A stretch of 64,000 nt of DNA, taken from the human T2T-CHM13v2.0 reference genome, Homo sapiens. Under the pieces are notes generated by a model. The model saw only the letters and a program-made list of their open reading frames with translations, did no database searches and was not told where the DNA came from. The position numbers were made by a program, and so were the translations under genes. Below are positions 1 through 13,007 of this stretch, piece after piece; positions within the stretch are counted from its first letter, which is position 1, and every line of letters starts with the position of its first letter. Where the stretch lies: NCBI RefSeq assembly GCF_009914755.1, contig NC_060931.1; one strand, given 5' to 3'.

Positions 1-29
1 ACAAAGAGAACTATAATAATTGGATTTTA

Positions 30-393
<364 letters not shown>

Positions 394-490
394 CTAATTT
401 GAAAAACAGTTTGGCATTATTTCCTAAAGCTGAACATTCATCTGTGTATGACCCAAAAATTTCACTCCTAGGGATGGGACCAAAGGAAAC

Positions 491-824
491 TGCTGTGGTT
501 CGAATGTGTTCCCCAGATGTCATGTGCTGGAAACTGAATCTCCAATGCAACAGTGTTGGTAGGTGGGACCTTTAAGAGGTGAGGGATTAATGCTGTTATT
601 GTGGGACTGGGTTAGTTATCTCAGGGGTGGGTTCCTGAGGGATGAGTTTGGCCCCCTTCTCGTGTGTGAGCACTCTCTCTTGCCATGTGATGCATTCCAC
701 CATGTTATGATGTGGAGATTAATTCCCTTGAACCTCCAGAACTGTGAGCCAAATAAATCTCTGTTCCTTGTAAACTACCCAGTGTGTGATATTGTGTTAT
801 AGCTGCAGAAAAAGGACCAAGATA
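491..824 (+). mobile_element. MaLR solo LTR (MSTD/MLT1A-like)
   Basis: tgctgtggttcgaatgtg start, AATAAA region, 5-bp TSD GAAAC at 486-490 and 825-829. Confidence 0.85.
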
Positions 825-1084
825 GAAACTTTTACAGATGTAAAACAGAAGATGTGTACAAGAATGTTCATAGCTGCCCTGTTTTTGATGCAAAAAACTT
901 GGAAACAATTGAAATGCCTGTCAACAGGAGAGTGGATGGATAAATTGCGGTGTGTTTACATAACTATTGTAGGACCATAAAAACAAATGAACCACACTGA
1001 TTCACAACAATGTGGACAACTCCTAGCAATAATAAAACATTAAGTGAAGAAAATAAATGCCCCAAATGTATATGATATGATATA

Positions 1085-2354
1085 TAGTCATATGCCACAT
1101 AATGACATTGCAGTCAGTGATGGACTCCATATATGACAGTGGTCCCATAAGATTATAATGGAGCTGAAGAATTGCTATCACCTAGCGATGTTGTCCTGAG
1201 GAATTGACTAACAAGAAGTTTTTGGAAATGGAACAGGAATGCATGGCTGAAGAAGAGGTAAGAGAAAAGGAAATTGTAGGAGAAGAAAAAGAAGAATCCC
1301 CAAGAAAATTCATGAAGGGTTTAGCAGAAGGTTTGCAAACCTCAACAAGCTCCTTAAAACGTTTAAAAACATAGACTCCAATGCAAAGTTTTCATTAATA
1401 GAGAGGAATTTTCATAGTGCAGTATCTGCTTATAAGCAAATCTTTGACCAAAAAAAAAAAGGAAAAACAAACCAAGAAAACCACCATGCATGTATTTCTG
1501 AAGAGTGACCCTCCTCAAGAAGAACCACAAGCAGGACCTTCAGGAGGAATTCCAGAAGAAGGCACTGTTATCATAGGAGATGACAGCTCCATGCATGTTA
1601 CTGCCCCTGAAGACCTTCCACTGGGACAAGTTGAGGAGGTGGAAGACAGTGACATTGATGATCAGGAAGCTGTGTATGCCTAGGCTAAAGTGCATGTTTT
1701 TGTGTTAGTTTTTAACAGAAAAGTTTAAGAAATAGAAAATAAAAATTTAAAAGTGGAAAATTTGAAAAAAGCTGATAGAATAAGGATATAAAGAAAGAAA
1801 ATACAATGTGTTCCTGTTTTAAGCTAAGTGTATTTCAAAGTTTAAAAAAGTTTATAAAGTTAAAAAGTTACAGTAAGCTAATTTATTATTGAAGAAGGAA
1901 AATATTTTTAAAATAAATTTCCCATTGCCTAAGTGTCCAGGGTTTATAATCTCTACAGTACTCTACAGTAATGTCCTAGGTCTTCACATTTGTTCAACAC
2001 TCACTCACCGACTCACCCAGAGCAACTTCCAGTCCTGCAAGCTTTACCTATGGTAACTGCCCTATATAGGTATGTAATTTATAAATCTTTAATACTGTCT
2101 GTTACTTTACCTTTTGTATGTTTAGATACCCAAATACTTAGCATTGTGTTATAGTTGCCTACAATATTCAGTGCAGTGACATGCTGTACAAGTTTATAGC
2201 TTAGGAGCAATGGGTTATGCCATACAGCCTAGGTGTGTAGCGGTCTACACCATCTAGGTTTGTGTAAGTGCACTCTGTGATGTTCACACAGTGACGAAAT
2301 CACCTAATTATGCATTTTTTGGAATGTATTCCTGTCGTTAAACGATGCACGATG
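1085..2354 (+). mobile_element. Tigger3b/Golem-type TcMar DNA transposon
   Basis: Tigger3 termini (tagtcatatgccacataatgac ... gtcgttaaacgatgcacgatg), TA flanks, ~1.27 kb. Confidence 0.85.
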
Positions 2355-2649
2355 TATTTTTCTAGAGTTACAATTAATATAAAAATAAGCTTTATAGAAA
2401 TACATATAGGTGCAATAAAACTATATATTTCAAAAAGCCAAGGAATTCTCTGGATGATGGTGACCTTGTGTGTGTGTGTGGGGGGGGGGGTTGGGGGGGT
2501 GGCGGGGTGAGGGGTGTGGGATGTGGGCAGTGTATGGTTAGATGAAGTTTATGTCAAGGTTCCAGATTTTGTTTTGGATGGTAGGTTTCCAGGTACTTAT
2601 ATCATTAAGAATAATGAAATAAGAAACTAAGCACAAACATGACTAGAAA

Positions 2650-3150
2650 GCCTGGGTTCCCTAGGAAACTGTCTAAGGCTGATGCTTTATTTGGAAAGTG
2701 CAATCTCAGAGCATTGATAGTAGGGGAAAGTGAGGCAAGGAGGAAGGATAGGGAGCAATGCCGGGGTGCTTTGGCCTTACTTCATGAAGAGCTCTGCTGG
2801 TGAGTCAGCAGGTGAGCCTGTCCAGCCGCATAGGAGTCTTCAGGTGGGACAGGTCTGCCTTGGAGCAGTCCTTGGGTGGAAGAAGGGAGAGGAAATGAGC
2901 AGATTGGGTCTCTAATTGGAAGGTAACTTCTCTGGGGCACTACCTCTGGGTTGCTTATCTGGCCTCTTTTGGTGGCAGCCGGGAAACTAGATCTCACATC
3001 TTGTGTTTTATTTAAGTCTAGAAGTGGTGAGAGATGCCAGAATCTCAAGCCTGTGGCTTTTCTGCCTAGCTGCCCAGCAGCAGCAAGGGTATGGTCCCAG
3101 CCCTCCCTGGCAAGATGCTGGCTGGCCCCAGGCAGAGTAAGTTGGTGCTA
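2650..3150 (-). mobile_element. Degenerate ERVL LTR (LTR33/LTR16-like)
   Basis: gggttccctaggaaac...tttatttggaaagtg resembles the LTR33-like copy at 62945. Confidence 0.45.
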
Positions 3151-3207
3151 TGGAGGCAACTGAGTCAGAGCTGGCAGCCGAGGGTCTATGGGATGCCATG
3201 TGAGCAG

Positions 3208-3398
3208 GAGCTTGGGAGTCAGACCTACGTTTGAATCTCCGTGTGAACTTGGATCGATTTCTTAACTTCCCTGGAGGCTCATCTAGAATGTGGGAGTAGT
3301 GATAACCACCTCCAAGTGTTTCTCATATTAGAAAGGGATAATGTACATAATGCAACCAGCAGAATCTTTGGCATCTAATAAGTGCTCAAAACATGTAA
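3208..3398 (+). mobile_element. MIR
   Basis: ggagtcagacc..tttgaatc core and taagtgctcaa tail. Confidence 0.75.
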
Positions 3399-4749
3399 CT
3401 CCCCTTCGTCCTACCCCTGCCATGAAGCACAACTGAGACAGTATTGGGGGTTGAGGGTGGGCAGACCTGGCTTAATTCCCCTTCTCTCCTTGTCCCACCT
3501 GGCCCATTTCCTGGCCTTGGGCAGCCCAAGGGCACTGGGCCCTGTGTTACAGGATGAAGGGGAGAAAGACGCTTTGCACCCCCTTCCTAAGGTCGTCAGT
3601 CCTGAGGCTGCACCTTCCCTCTGTGCCCTTGATTTGAAAAGATACTGGGTTTAAAGAGGGATCGCAAACAAAGATGGGTGCTCCAAGCAGGCATATAAGC
3701 TGCTGTCCCCTTGAAATAATATTCGTCAATTTTTTGTCTAATATTTACTTTGGCTAGGGGCAAAGCTGGTCCAGCAGGACAAAGGCATCTTTCCCCAATA
3801 TGTCAGGGGTTGGGCATGGAGACCCAAGGCCACTGATGGCAGATTTCCAATTTATTTAAGGGATGTGTCTGCTGTCTTCTGGCATGCTACCATGCCACCT
3901 GTTCACCTGGTTGTTTCTCATGTGTCTAGAGCCCCACAAAGGGTGACTAGGTCAGCCAGAGCTCTTGCTAGGCTTCCCTTTAATTCAGGATTACTTTTAC
4001 TCTTTGGTCACATAAGAATATTCATTTCCTGATTTGCCTGTCTTATACGTTTAAGTGCTCGTGTATTTCATAACACCACTATAGGATCTTGCATTTGAAT
4101 ACTTACCAGGGACTAAAATAAATTCACACTGCTATTTTGCTGATGAAGTGTCCTATTGTGTAAGTGAAGTTTTTAATTTTGTAGGTTTAGATGAGTAAGT
4201 TAAAATTTTCCTTTCTGGTTCTTAATTTGTTTTCTAATTTGGGGTAAAATGAAGTTAGGTGGGGGCAGGGGAGAAATTTTCAAAAGGAGCTCTTCATATC
4301 AGTAATGCATATTTTATACATGCCCCAACTCCAAGACGCTTCTCCTCAGAGCCGTTTCAAGGGCAGAGAAGATTCCTGATCGCTAGATTGCCCCTGTTCC
4401 CTTTGAGTTAATCCTATGGCCTCCACAAGCATGTAGAAAATTCTGGAGGAGTGGTACTCCTTATGCTTTCACGAATTTTATTTGGCCTCCCCATTCTGGC
4501 TCACTTCTTGTGAATGCAGATTCAGTTGGCCCCAATTTCTTTCTAATGGGCAGGAATCAAAGGCGTAGAATGTTGTTGAAAGGTTTTGTACTATTGTGCA
4601 AAGTAGTACTGTACAAATTATCTTCTGCCTCTTTCTCATAAGACCTTTTGAGCAAAGCCCAATTCTAGAATTCTGGAATTCTACTGCTAGAACTTTCCTT
4701 TGGCTAAATTTTGATTGTTACTAAAAAATCAGTATGCCGGAGGACCACA

Positions 4750-5049
4750 TTTTATTTATTTTTTTGAGACAGGTTCTCACTCCTGTTGCCCAGACTGGAG
4801 TGCAGTGGCACGATCACTGCTTACTGTAGCCTCAACCTCCTGGGCTCAGGTGATTCTCCCACCTCAGCCTCCTGAGTAGCTGGGTCTACAGGTGTGCACC
4901 ACCACGCCCAGCTAATTTTTTGTATTTTTAGTAGAGACGGGGTTTTGCCATTTTGCCCAGGCTGGTCTTGAACTCCTGGAGTCAAGCAATCCACCTGCCT
5001 CTGCCTCCCAAAGTGCTGGGATTACAGGCGTGAGCCACCGCAGCTGGCC
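4750..5049 (-). mobile_element. AluJ-type SINE
   Basis: Full antisense Alu, degenerate TSD aggac(ca/tg)catttt. Confidence 0.95.
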
Positions 5050-5881
5050 AGGACTGCATTTTAATTGTCCTAAGTCATTTGTGTCTTAATTTGAATGGCA
5101 GACAGCTTGTGTCAGTGGCTGCTGTGAGGACAGCCCTGGAATGGAGGTGAGGAGAGCCTGGAGTTAGGTAGCTCAGGACTTAGGGAGAACTTCAACTTTG
5201 GTAGGAGCCATCCCGGACCTGCCTACAGCTAGTAACATTTTGAACCTGAAAGCCTCCTCCTCCTTGCAGGTGTAAGCTGTTCCTTAGCCTTTAACTTTCA
5301 AATTAGAAATGTTTATTTAGAGTAGCAATGGAAAATAGAAGATAAGTTAGCAAAGCCAGCAGAAGTTGGAGAACTCATAAACAATAAAATATCAGAAAAG
5401 TGTTACCCAAAATGCAACATTGAAAAAAGGTAACATTAAAAAAAATCTCGAGAGCCAAGAATAAAGGTGCCTCAAGGGAAGTAACACATACCGTGATTTT
5501 TCTTGCACTCTCTTTTTCTTTAGCCCTGTGATACTGGTCTATCTTTTATGAAGGTCCTCTTTTATGAAATTCAATAATGGTAACTAATGTTAGGGTGCCT
5601 CCTGAGGCAACATGAGATTATATGGTAGGTAAACAGTAGGCCGTTGCTGACTCAAAGGAAAGGATCACTTAGGAACACCATTAGCCCAGTGCCAGTGGTC
5701 CCTTTTAGTCAGAATCCTCAATCTCTGTGGGGATCACCCTTTGGCCTGGACTTTATTAGCTGCCAGATTAAAGGCACGAGAATTGAGCCTCATTTTTTCC
5801 CATTTCTATTCTTAGATAATCCATTCATTCTTTTTCAATTTACCAGGACCAGTCCCAGAAAGTGTTGAGAACTGAGTGTGA

Positions 5882-6115
5882 GCAATAATCACTGATATTA
5901 TATAGTTCCTTGTAGTTTGCAAAGCAGCTTTACATACATTATTGCATTTAGTCCTCCCAATAAGCCTGCAAAACAGGCATTATATTATTATTATCATCAC
6001 AGTTTCACAACTGCAGAAACAAAGCTTAAAGAGATGACAGGACTTGCCTAAGTTCACGGAGAGAGGGAATGGCTCTCAGCTCAGGTGTTTTGATCCTAAG
6101 TCCTGTTGCTCCTCA
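5882..6115 (-). mobile_element. MIR
   Basis: atttagtcctc, gacttgcctaagttcac motifs. Confidence 0.7.
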
Positions 6116-6174
6116 GTTCACATTGAATCTGAGGAGCTGCCATTTGTCCACCATGCTCCTCTCACTCTTATTAA

Positions 6175-6430
6175 CAACAACAATGGTAATAGTGGCCAAT
6201 GTTTGAGGGGTATTCACATGATGCCAATTACATCCCATTTAATCCTCACACCAATTGTATGATACAGGCTTAATAACTGATCTTATTTTACAGTTGAGTA
6301 AACTGAGGCTCAGAGAGGGTAGGTAAGTCTCAGAGAGGTGGGGTATGTCGACCAAGGGTCATAGCTAGGAGGTGGTGAGATAACATTTAAATCTAGACCT
6401 GTTTGGTGTCCGTGCTCTTAAACACGCGAC
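6175..6430 (-). mobile_element. MIR
   Basis: atttaatcctcac, attttacagttgagtaaactgaggctcagagagg core. Confidence 0.8.
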
Positions 6431-6655
6431 TCTATGACCTTGCTGTCTCTTTGGTTTCTCTTCCAAGGTTTCTGGCTTAGTCTAAATGTTTGATTCAACA
6501 CAGCAGAAGCACACAGGCCGCTTTCAAGGGCAAAGAATCAAACTACAGGCTGTGGGGAGGACATAGAGAATGAACAATGGGTTCTCCAGGACTTGTAAGA
6601 GTGGGAAGCACCACTGACCTGCAGATGAGGATTGACGGAACAAAACAAACAGTAA

Positions 6656-7208
6656 TGATGGGGTGCAGACATGCTACCCCAAAATATGGTACCTCGGCAT
6701 ATTGAACAGTGTAAGCTGAAGGAATTGGAAAAAAAACACATAAGCAGGAAGGTCTCTGTGACCTTTGTCCAGGCTTCTTTCCTGAGGCAGTTCCTAAAAC
6801 CTGGAAGGCCTCTCTGACTTTCCGTTGCAGCAGGTCTTCAGGTGCTCATGTGAGAAGTGCCCTCCCCACATCTGGAGGAAAAGAGCATCCTTACCTCTGA
6901 GGACATAGGACACAGAGAAAAATCTGAACAAACAGGCCTGCCTAAGTTCCCCCGGCTTATTACCATTACATCATACTCTTTTCCCTCTCATATTTCTCCA
7001 TGACTGTCCACTCTTCATGAAACCTACTATAAAAAACAGGTTTCACTGTTTCTTCAGGTCTTCATTTCCTTATGAAGGCTCCCGTACCCATAAAACTTAC
7101 ATTTAAATAAATTTATATATTTTTTTCTCTTGTTCATCTATCTTTTATTAGAGGGGCCTCAGCCATGAGCCTAGGATGGGTGAGGAAAATATATTTTTAG
7201 TCACTACG
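6656..7208 (+). mobile_element. ERV1 solo LTR (MER39/MER34 group)
   Basis: atgctaccccaaaatatgg..aagctgaaggaatt start, AATAAA near 7106, probable 4-bp TSD. Confidence 0.8.
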
Positions 7209-7601
7209 ATAACAGATGCATTAGTCAGAAGGGACATGGAGCCTACTGGGGGACTGGGAAAAAAGCTGGATGGATTCACCCACATTCAGGCATCGGGGAC
7301 TTCATACAGATCCTCTGGCCTGAATCATTTGCATTTCATTGCAGGATGGCAGCGCTTAACACCAAGGCATCCCTTACTAACTAACAATGACCTATCATAA
7401 GGCACGTGGAGGGCTCAGGGTCGCCAACTGGGTACGGGAAGCTCCTGGAAACACCCTATGAAGGCAGCAGCCTGCTCCAGACAGGGAACACAGACTGAGA
7501 GTATCAGGACTCTCTCGTTGGCTACAAATGCTTCTGCAGTAAGTAAATCCTAAAAGATAAAACTTCTTTGATGGAAAGGCCGTAATACACTTAAATGTTA
7601 C

Positions 7602-8163
7602 TTAACCCAGCAATCCCATTACTGAGTATATACTCAAAGGAATAGAAATCATTCTATTACAAACATACATGCATGTTTATGTTCATTGTAGCACTATTCA
7701 CAATAGCAAAGACATGGAATCAACCCAAATGCTCATCAATGATAGACTGGATAAAGAAAATGTGGCACATATACACCATGGAATACTATGCAGCCATAAA
7801 AAGGAATGAGATCATGTCCTCTGCAGGGACATAGATGGAGCTGGAAGCTGTTATCCTCAGCAAACTAACACAGGAACAGAAAACCAAAGACTGCATGTTC
7901 TCACTTATAAGTGGGAGCTGAACAATGAGAACACATGGACACAGGGAGGGGAACAACACACACTGGGGCCTGTGGAGAGGGAGATGAGAGGGGGAAGGAG
8001 AGCATCAGGAAGAATAGCTAAAGCATGCTGGGCTTAATACCTAGGTGATAGGTTGACCTGTGCAGCAAACTACCATGGCACACGTTTACCTATGTAAGAG
8101 ACATGCACATCTTGCATATGTACCCCGGAACTTAAAATAAATATTAAAATTAATTTTAAAAAG
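7602..8163 (+). mobile_element. L1PA (older subfamily) 3' end, 5'-truncated
   Basis: Close match to L1 ORF2 end and 3'UTR (gaaaatgtggcacatatacaccatggaatactatgcagcc), A-rich tail. Confidence 0.95.
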
Positions 8164-8399
8164 CAACAAACAGTTCCTCACCACCTTTAAGAGATGTTTA
8201 GCTAGTTTCCTTGCTGATTGAACCTGGCAGAGGTGAGGGGGGAAGTTGGTGAGAAAAGATCTGGGAATGAGACGATTTGTCCAGCCCCATAAAAGGAAAT
8301 CCCTGGAAGAATTGGAGCAGGTGGGAGAATCTGCATCTCTTTCATCTTCCATCGCTCCCTGGGGAAGCAGTGGGGCGGTGCTTCTCCCAGTCTGCCTTC

Positions 8400-8560
8400 T
8401 GGTTCGCAGGCCTGGAGGCACATTAGAATCACCTGAGGGGGCTTTTAAATCCACCCATGCCTGGGACCCACCCAGAAATCTCCAGGAGTGCAGCTGAGGT
8501 AGGGAAGTTTTTAAAAACTCTTCAGGTGACTGTGAAGCAGAGAGCATATCACTGCTCGAG
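8400..8560. mobile_element. MER5-type hAT-Charlie fragment
   Basis: cacattagaatcacctg..cttttaaa..caggtga motifs. Confidence 0.6.
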
Positions 8561-10209
8561 CGTTTCAGAACCAGAAACAAATAAGTGACACAAGTGAAGA
8601 GTGAAACTACAACATTTCGGTGAGTTTGGAAGGGAGCAGGCATTGTAGATAGATTTTTAAAGAGGAGAAGTGGGACCCCGAGAGGAGGAGCAATTTGCCT
8701 GGGTCAGTGGCAGAGTTGGGGAAGGAGGTAGCCTCGTTTTCTTTTTGGTCCCCTATACCCTTTTTTATTTTCTGGTGGCATATTATAGTATTAATTGTTC
8801 TGACGGCTTAGCTTTATATGTACCCAGCCATGAAATTTCCACTCTGTCATTGGGCAACCTCTCCAGTTAGACCTACACACTGTTGTAAAGTGTTTCCTGG
8901 CAGGGAAACCCAAGTATTTCGTTTCTAATTCTTAGCTCTTTGCAAGTCTGAGCAGTGGGTCATGAGACTCCCACAACTGTTTAGAAGGAGCCAGGGCCCA
9001 CTTTTCATGCATTCTGTTCAAAGCATAATCCATGTGCATGCAGTGAAAATGCAAACGTGCGGGTGGCATTCAGACCTAACGCAGTCTCAGCTTTCAATCC
9101 TGCTGTGAATCCAGAGTGGCTGTCATGGGATCTACTGCAGTTAATTTTTTCAGAACTCAGAGCTAAATCCCTGAGGAGGCCTGGGCTGGAGAGGCCACCT
9201 GAATGGTGGCCTGCTTAAAGGTGCGGTCATGTTTCCTGATTTAACTGGGTCAGTTTGGTTGTTTATTTTTGCCATTTGATTTCAGGGCAGGGTTGGCTTC
9301 AGTGTGCTGGCAATTCCCAGATAGTTTATGCTCTGAGGGACTGGGACAGGTGTTCAAGAACCCCCAGTGACTATTATTTAATTTTGTTCCTCCCCCAGCC
9401 TCATGGTTTATATATGAGTTGTTATGTGACAGAGTTCTATTTTTAACCACAGACATGCTCTGTTCAACTGGAATCATGTTCTTTAGACACTGCATTATGC
9501 AAGCTGGCTCCAAAGTTTGCCAGAAGTGCTAAACTAAACTGTGACAATTCCCAGCCGTAGTCACTGACACCCCCACAGTGAACCAAACAGCATGCTTACT
9601 TGCTTCAAGATAGAGTTTCAGTTGTGTTAAATAACTGTCTGGTGCTACCTGATGAGAAAGCCATGTCTGGCTGTTTGGATCAGCTTCTCTGATCTTGTCT
9701 CCTGTCTAATCCCAGAATAAATCCTTTGGGTTTTGGGGGAGGACGTTAAAAAGGCTCTGGTGAAGAAGATTAAACCTGAAACAAGTCATAATGAGGCATA
9801 AACAAGGTAATACTCATTGTAAGGTATCTTCCCAGGTTCTAAGCAGGAGAGGAGAAAAGATGGTTTCGATGGAGGGCATCTGTTGAGAAACCCCTCTGAT
9901 GTAGATGTTCCTGTGGAGTCATTTATATCCAAACATTAGGACATTAGACAAGTGCACTGGTGGGTTCTCAGGGTTTTTTATGGGGTGATCATAAAGAAGT
10001 GGCTCTCAAGAATTGCATCGAGCCAGGGATCTTCTGACTTCTGAAGACTGACATCTGGCTTATCTAAGATGATCCAGGGAAGGGGCGGAGCTAGAAGTCT
10101 CTGCGGGAAGATTGTTAGTATTTGCTGGGATTCTTTGGTGGCAAGCAACAGAAATAAACTCTCAAGAAGGGTTAATCTACTTAGGCAGAAAAGGACTTTT
10201 TAGAAAATA

Positions 10210-10640
10210 AGTTCCATGAGAGCAAGGGCTAGCTTGTTCACTGGTATTTCCTCAATAGAACAGTACCTTGAATATAGTAGGTACTCATTGTCTTAGTCCG
10301 CTCAGACTGTTAACAAAATTCCTTAGACTGGGTAATTTATAAACAACACAGATTTATTGCTCCCAGTTCTGGAGTCTGGTATGTTCAAGATCAAGTTGCC
10401 AGCAGATTCGGTATCTGATGAGAGCCCGTTCCTCATAGTTAGTGCCTTCTGTGTGTCCTCACATGGCAGAAGGGGCCAGCAGGCTCCCTCACACCTTTTC
10501 TATAGGGCACTAATCCCATTCAAGAGGCCTCCTAAAGGTCCCACCTCTTAATACAATCACACTGGGGATTAAGTTCTATAAATTTTAGAGGGACACCAAC
10601 ATTCAGATCATAGCGCTCAGTAAATATTCATGGACTAAAA
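10210..10640 (+). mobile_element. L2 3' fragment split by MLT1A
   Basis: aagttccatgagagcaagg..atagtaggtactca | taaatattca. Confidence 0.6.
10289..10615 (-). mobile_element. MLT1A-type MaLR LTR
   Basis: tgtcttagtcc...aacattcagatcatagc, TSD CTCAT/CTCAG. Confidence 0.85.
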
Positions 10641-10856
10641 GAAGTTATAGGGTGGATCAAAGCATTGTTAGGAAGATTGTGAACCAGTTTTGGAAAAAGA
10701 TAAAGAATGAGAGCATCTCTGGAGAGGCTTAGGTAGCAGGAACTAGGTCCCTGACAGTCTCATCAGGACACCACTGCTGGAATAACTGCTTTCCAAACAT
10801 TTTTATATTTTTAAGTGTCTACACTCATGCTTCAAAATCCAGACAGAGAGAGTGAG

Positions 10857-11526
10857 TGTATATTAATCAGGGTTCTCCAGAGAAACAGAACCCTCTATCT
10901 CCACCTCTCCCCTTCTCCCCCTCTCCCCCTCTACCTCCCCCTTCTCCCCCTCTCCCCCTCTACCTCCCCCTTCTCCCCCTTCTCCCCCTCTCCCCCTTCT
11001 CCCCCTCTCCCCCTTCTCCCCCTCTCCCCCTTCTCCCCTTCTCCCCTTCTCCCCCTCTCCCCCTCTACCTCCCCCTTCTCCCCCTCTCCCCCTTCTCCCC
11101 CTCTCCCCCTTCTCCCCCTCTCCCCCTTCTCCCCCTCTCCCCCTCTACCTCCCCCTCTCCCCATGTGTGTAAAAGAAGGAATTGGCTCGTGTGATTGCAG
11201 AGGCTGGCAAGTCCAGTCTGGCAGGTTGGAGACCCAAGCAGAACCCATGTTCCTATTTGAAGGCCATCAGACAGGAAGAATTGATGTTGCATATGAAGAC
11301 AGTCTGCTAGAGAATTATCCTTACTTAGAGGAAAGGTTGGTCTTTTAATTCTATTTAGGCTTCAAGTAGTTGGATGAGGACCATTCACTATGGAGGGCAA
11401 TCTTCTTGACTGATTAAAATGTGAATCTCTTTCAAAAACACCCTCGCAGAAACACTCAGAATGTTTGACCAAATATGTGGGCACCCTGTGACCCAGTCAA
11501 GTTGACACACAAAATTAACTATCAGA
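10857..11526 (-). mobile_element. MLT2B-type ERVL LTR
   Basis: atcagggttctccagagaaacagaacc start; cccagtcaagttgacacacaaaattaac end. Confidence 0.85.
10891..11162. repeat. Polypyrimidine VNTR of CTCCCCCT/CTCCCCCTT units
   Basis: ~270 bp with no G on the + strand; 8/9-bp units with periodic CTAC. Confidence 0.95.
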
Positions 11527-13007
11527 GAGGAGAGAGAGAATGCAACTGACCTAGCTTAAGTTGTGTGCCCACCCCTTTGGCTGGTAGAAGGCAGGGTATT
11601 TTGTCAGTTCTAGAGATTTTGAACCATGGGGCAGAACTGATTTCCTAAAGGGAAAGTGGAGAGCTGTTACCAGGAGAAGGAGAATAAATAGTGGGAAGCT
11701 ACAAAACAACTGGCTCTTCTTGAATGATGGTTTTATTTTTCTTATTTTGTTACTTGCTTCCATGTGAGTAAACATTAAAACACATCTGTGCTGCTTTGCT
11801 TGACTTCTTCCAGCTCCTTTATACAAGAGGAAGAACAGCTGGGAGGGAGAAAAATATTTTTTTTCCTTTCTCTCTTCACTTCCAGTCCTCAGTAGAGGTG
11901 ACTGACGGGTGATGGTTACCTCTGAGTCCTTGCTTTTGGGGGTCTGTGCTAATGATTGAACACTCAAATGCTGCCTCACTCTGAAGAGGTCCTTCAACAC
12001 TGTAAAAGGCATTCACAAGACATCCCTGCCCCGGAAGAGTTTGAATCTGTTGGACTTTGTGCATTTTTCTTCTTTTCTATCCTTCACCTACTAGTTGTGG
12101 CTACTACAAACCCATATAGTTCTTCTGGAATTAAGGAGACACACTTCCCTCAAAGTGCTTTACATCTATTGGTCAGAGATGGTCATAATGTACTGAGTTT
12201 GTTAGAATGACGCGTTGCTATGTACCAGGAAGTTATCACAGGGCATATAAGTCTACCATGTCTACAGTGTGAAGGATGCCTCGTTAGACGCAGCACTCTT
12301 GTGCAATGTACAATCTGTCTACTTTATATGGCAGGCCTGAACTACTGAGGGAGAGAGAGACCACCAGAAATCGGGAAAGCACAACTTAATTAATGCTCTT
12401 ATGAATGGTGTGTGCTGGGGGGTGGTTGTAGTTCCCTTTGTGTTCTGACCAATAGCTGAACCACTGATCAGATTCAAGACAGAACCTTGAATCCAAAACT
12501 CCTTTAGTGTGGCAAGTCCACCATAGTTCCTGAGGAAGCTGCCTTCGAGGAATCGGGGACCACTGCTCTCTTTTTAGGGGAATCCCTGAGATACCTGCAT
12601 ATCTCAGACCCGACAAGCAGGGAGTGGCAATGGGCATATTGCTATTCCAGGATACAACTGCTGTGAGATCCTCTTCAGAGGTTTATAAGCCTGACTTCTC
12701 ATTAGCACGTTAGATATAAGGCATGACTCATTGCCAAATCTACAGACCCATGATAGGGTAGACAAGATCAATAGTCTAAAATGAAAACAGATTTTAAAAT
12801 GAACAGAAATTTAATGCTTTTTCCCGTATGCCAATGGATTACATGGTACACATCCTGGGGTAGGCATAGCCCACTTTGTAGACCACTGATCTAGAGCCTG
12901 GTACTCCCCTTACAAAACCTGTGCAGGCAGGGCTAATTGACTCAACACCGTGGGCCTGGAGACATCCTCACCCTCCATTACAACAAGTGGACATGTGGTT
13001 TCTAGGC

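Larger units (their letters stand above)
10115..11715 (-). mobile_element. Old MLT1 (J/K/L-like) LTR hosting nested insertions
   Basis: ggcaagcaacagaaa start; gtgcccaccc..gatttcctaaagggaa..gctgttaccagg end. Confidence 0.6.

Noticed and set aside
1417-1683. Acidic 88-aa ORF
   Set aside because: Internal to a non-autonomous Tigger3b relic
4661-4682. TTCTAGAATTCTGGAATTC as a heat-shock or STAT element
   Set aside because: Spacing fits neither continuous nGAAn arrays nor TTCN3GAA
8086-8643. 185-aa ORF, the longest in the track
   Set aside because: Runs across MER5 and antisense L1 3' sequence; no recognisable domain
10815-11348. Pro/Ser/Leu-rich 177-aa ORF and overlapping Gly/Glu/Arg-rich ORFs
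   Set aside because: Translations of the stop-free VNTR inside an LTR
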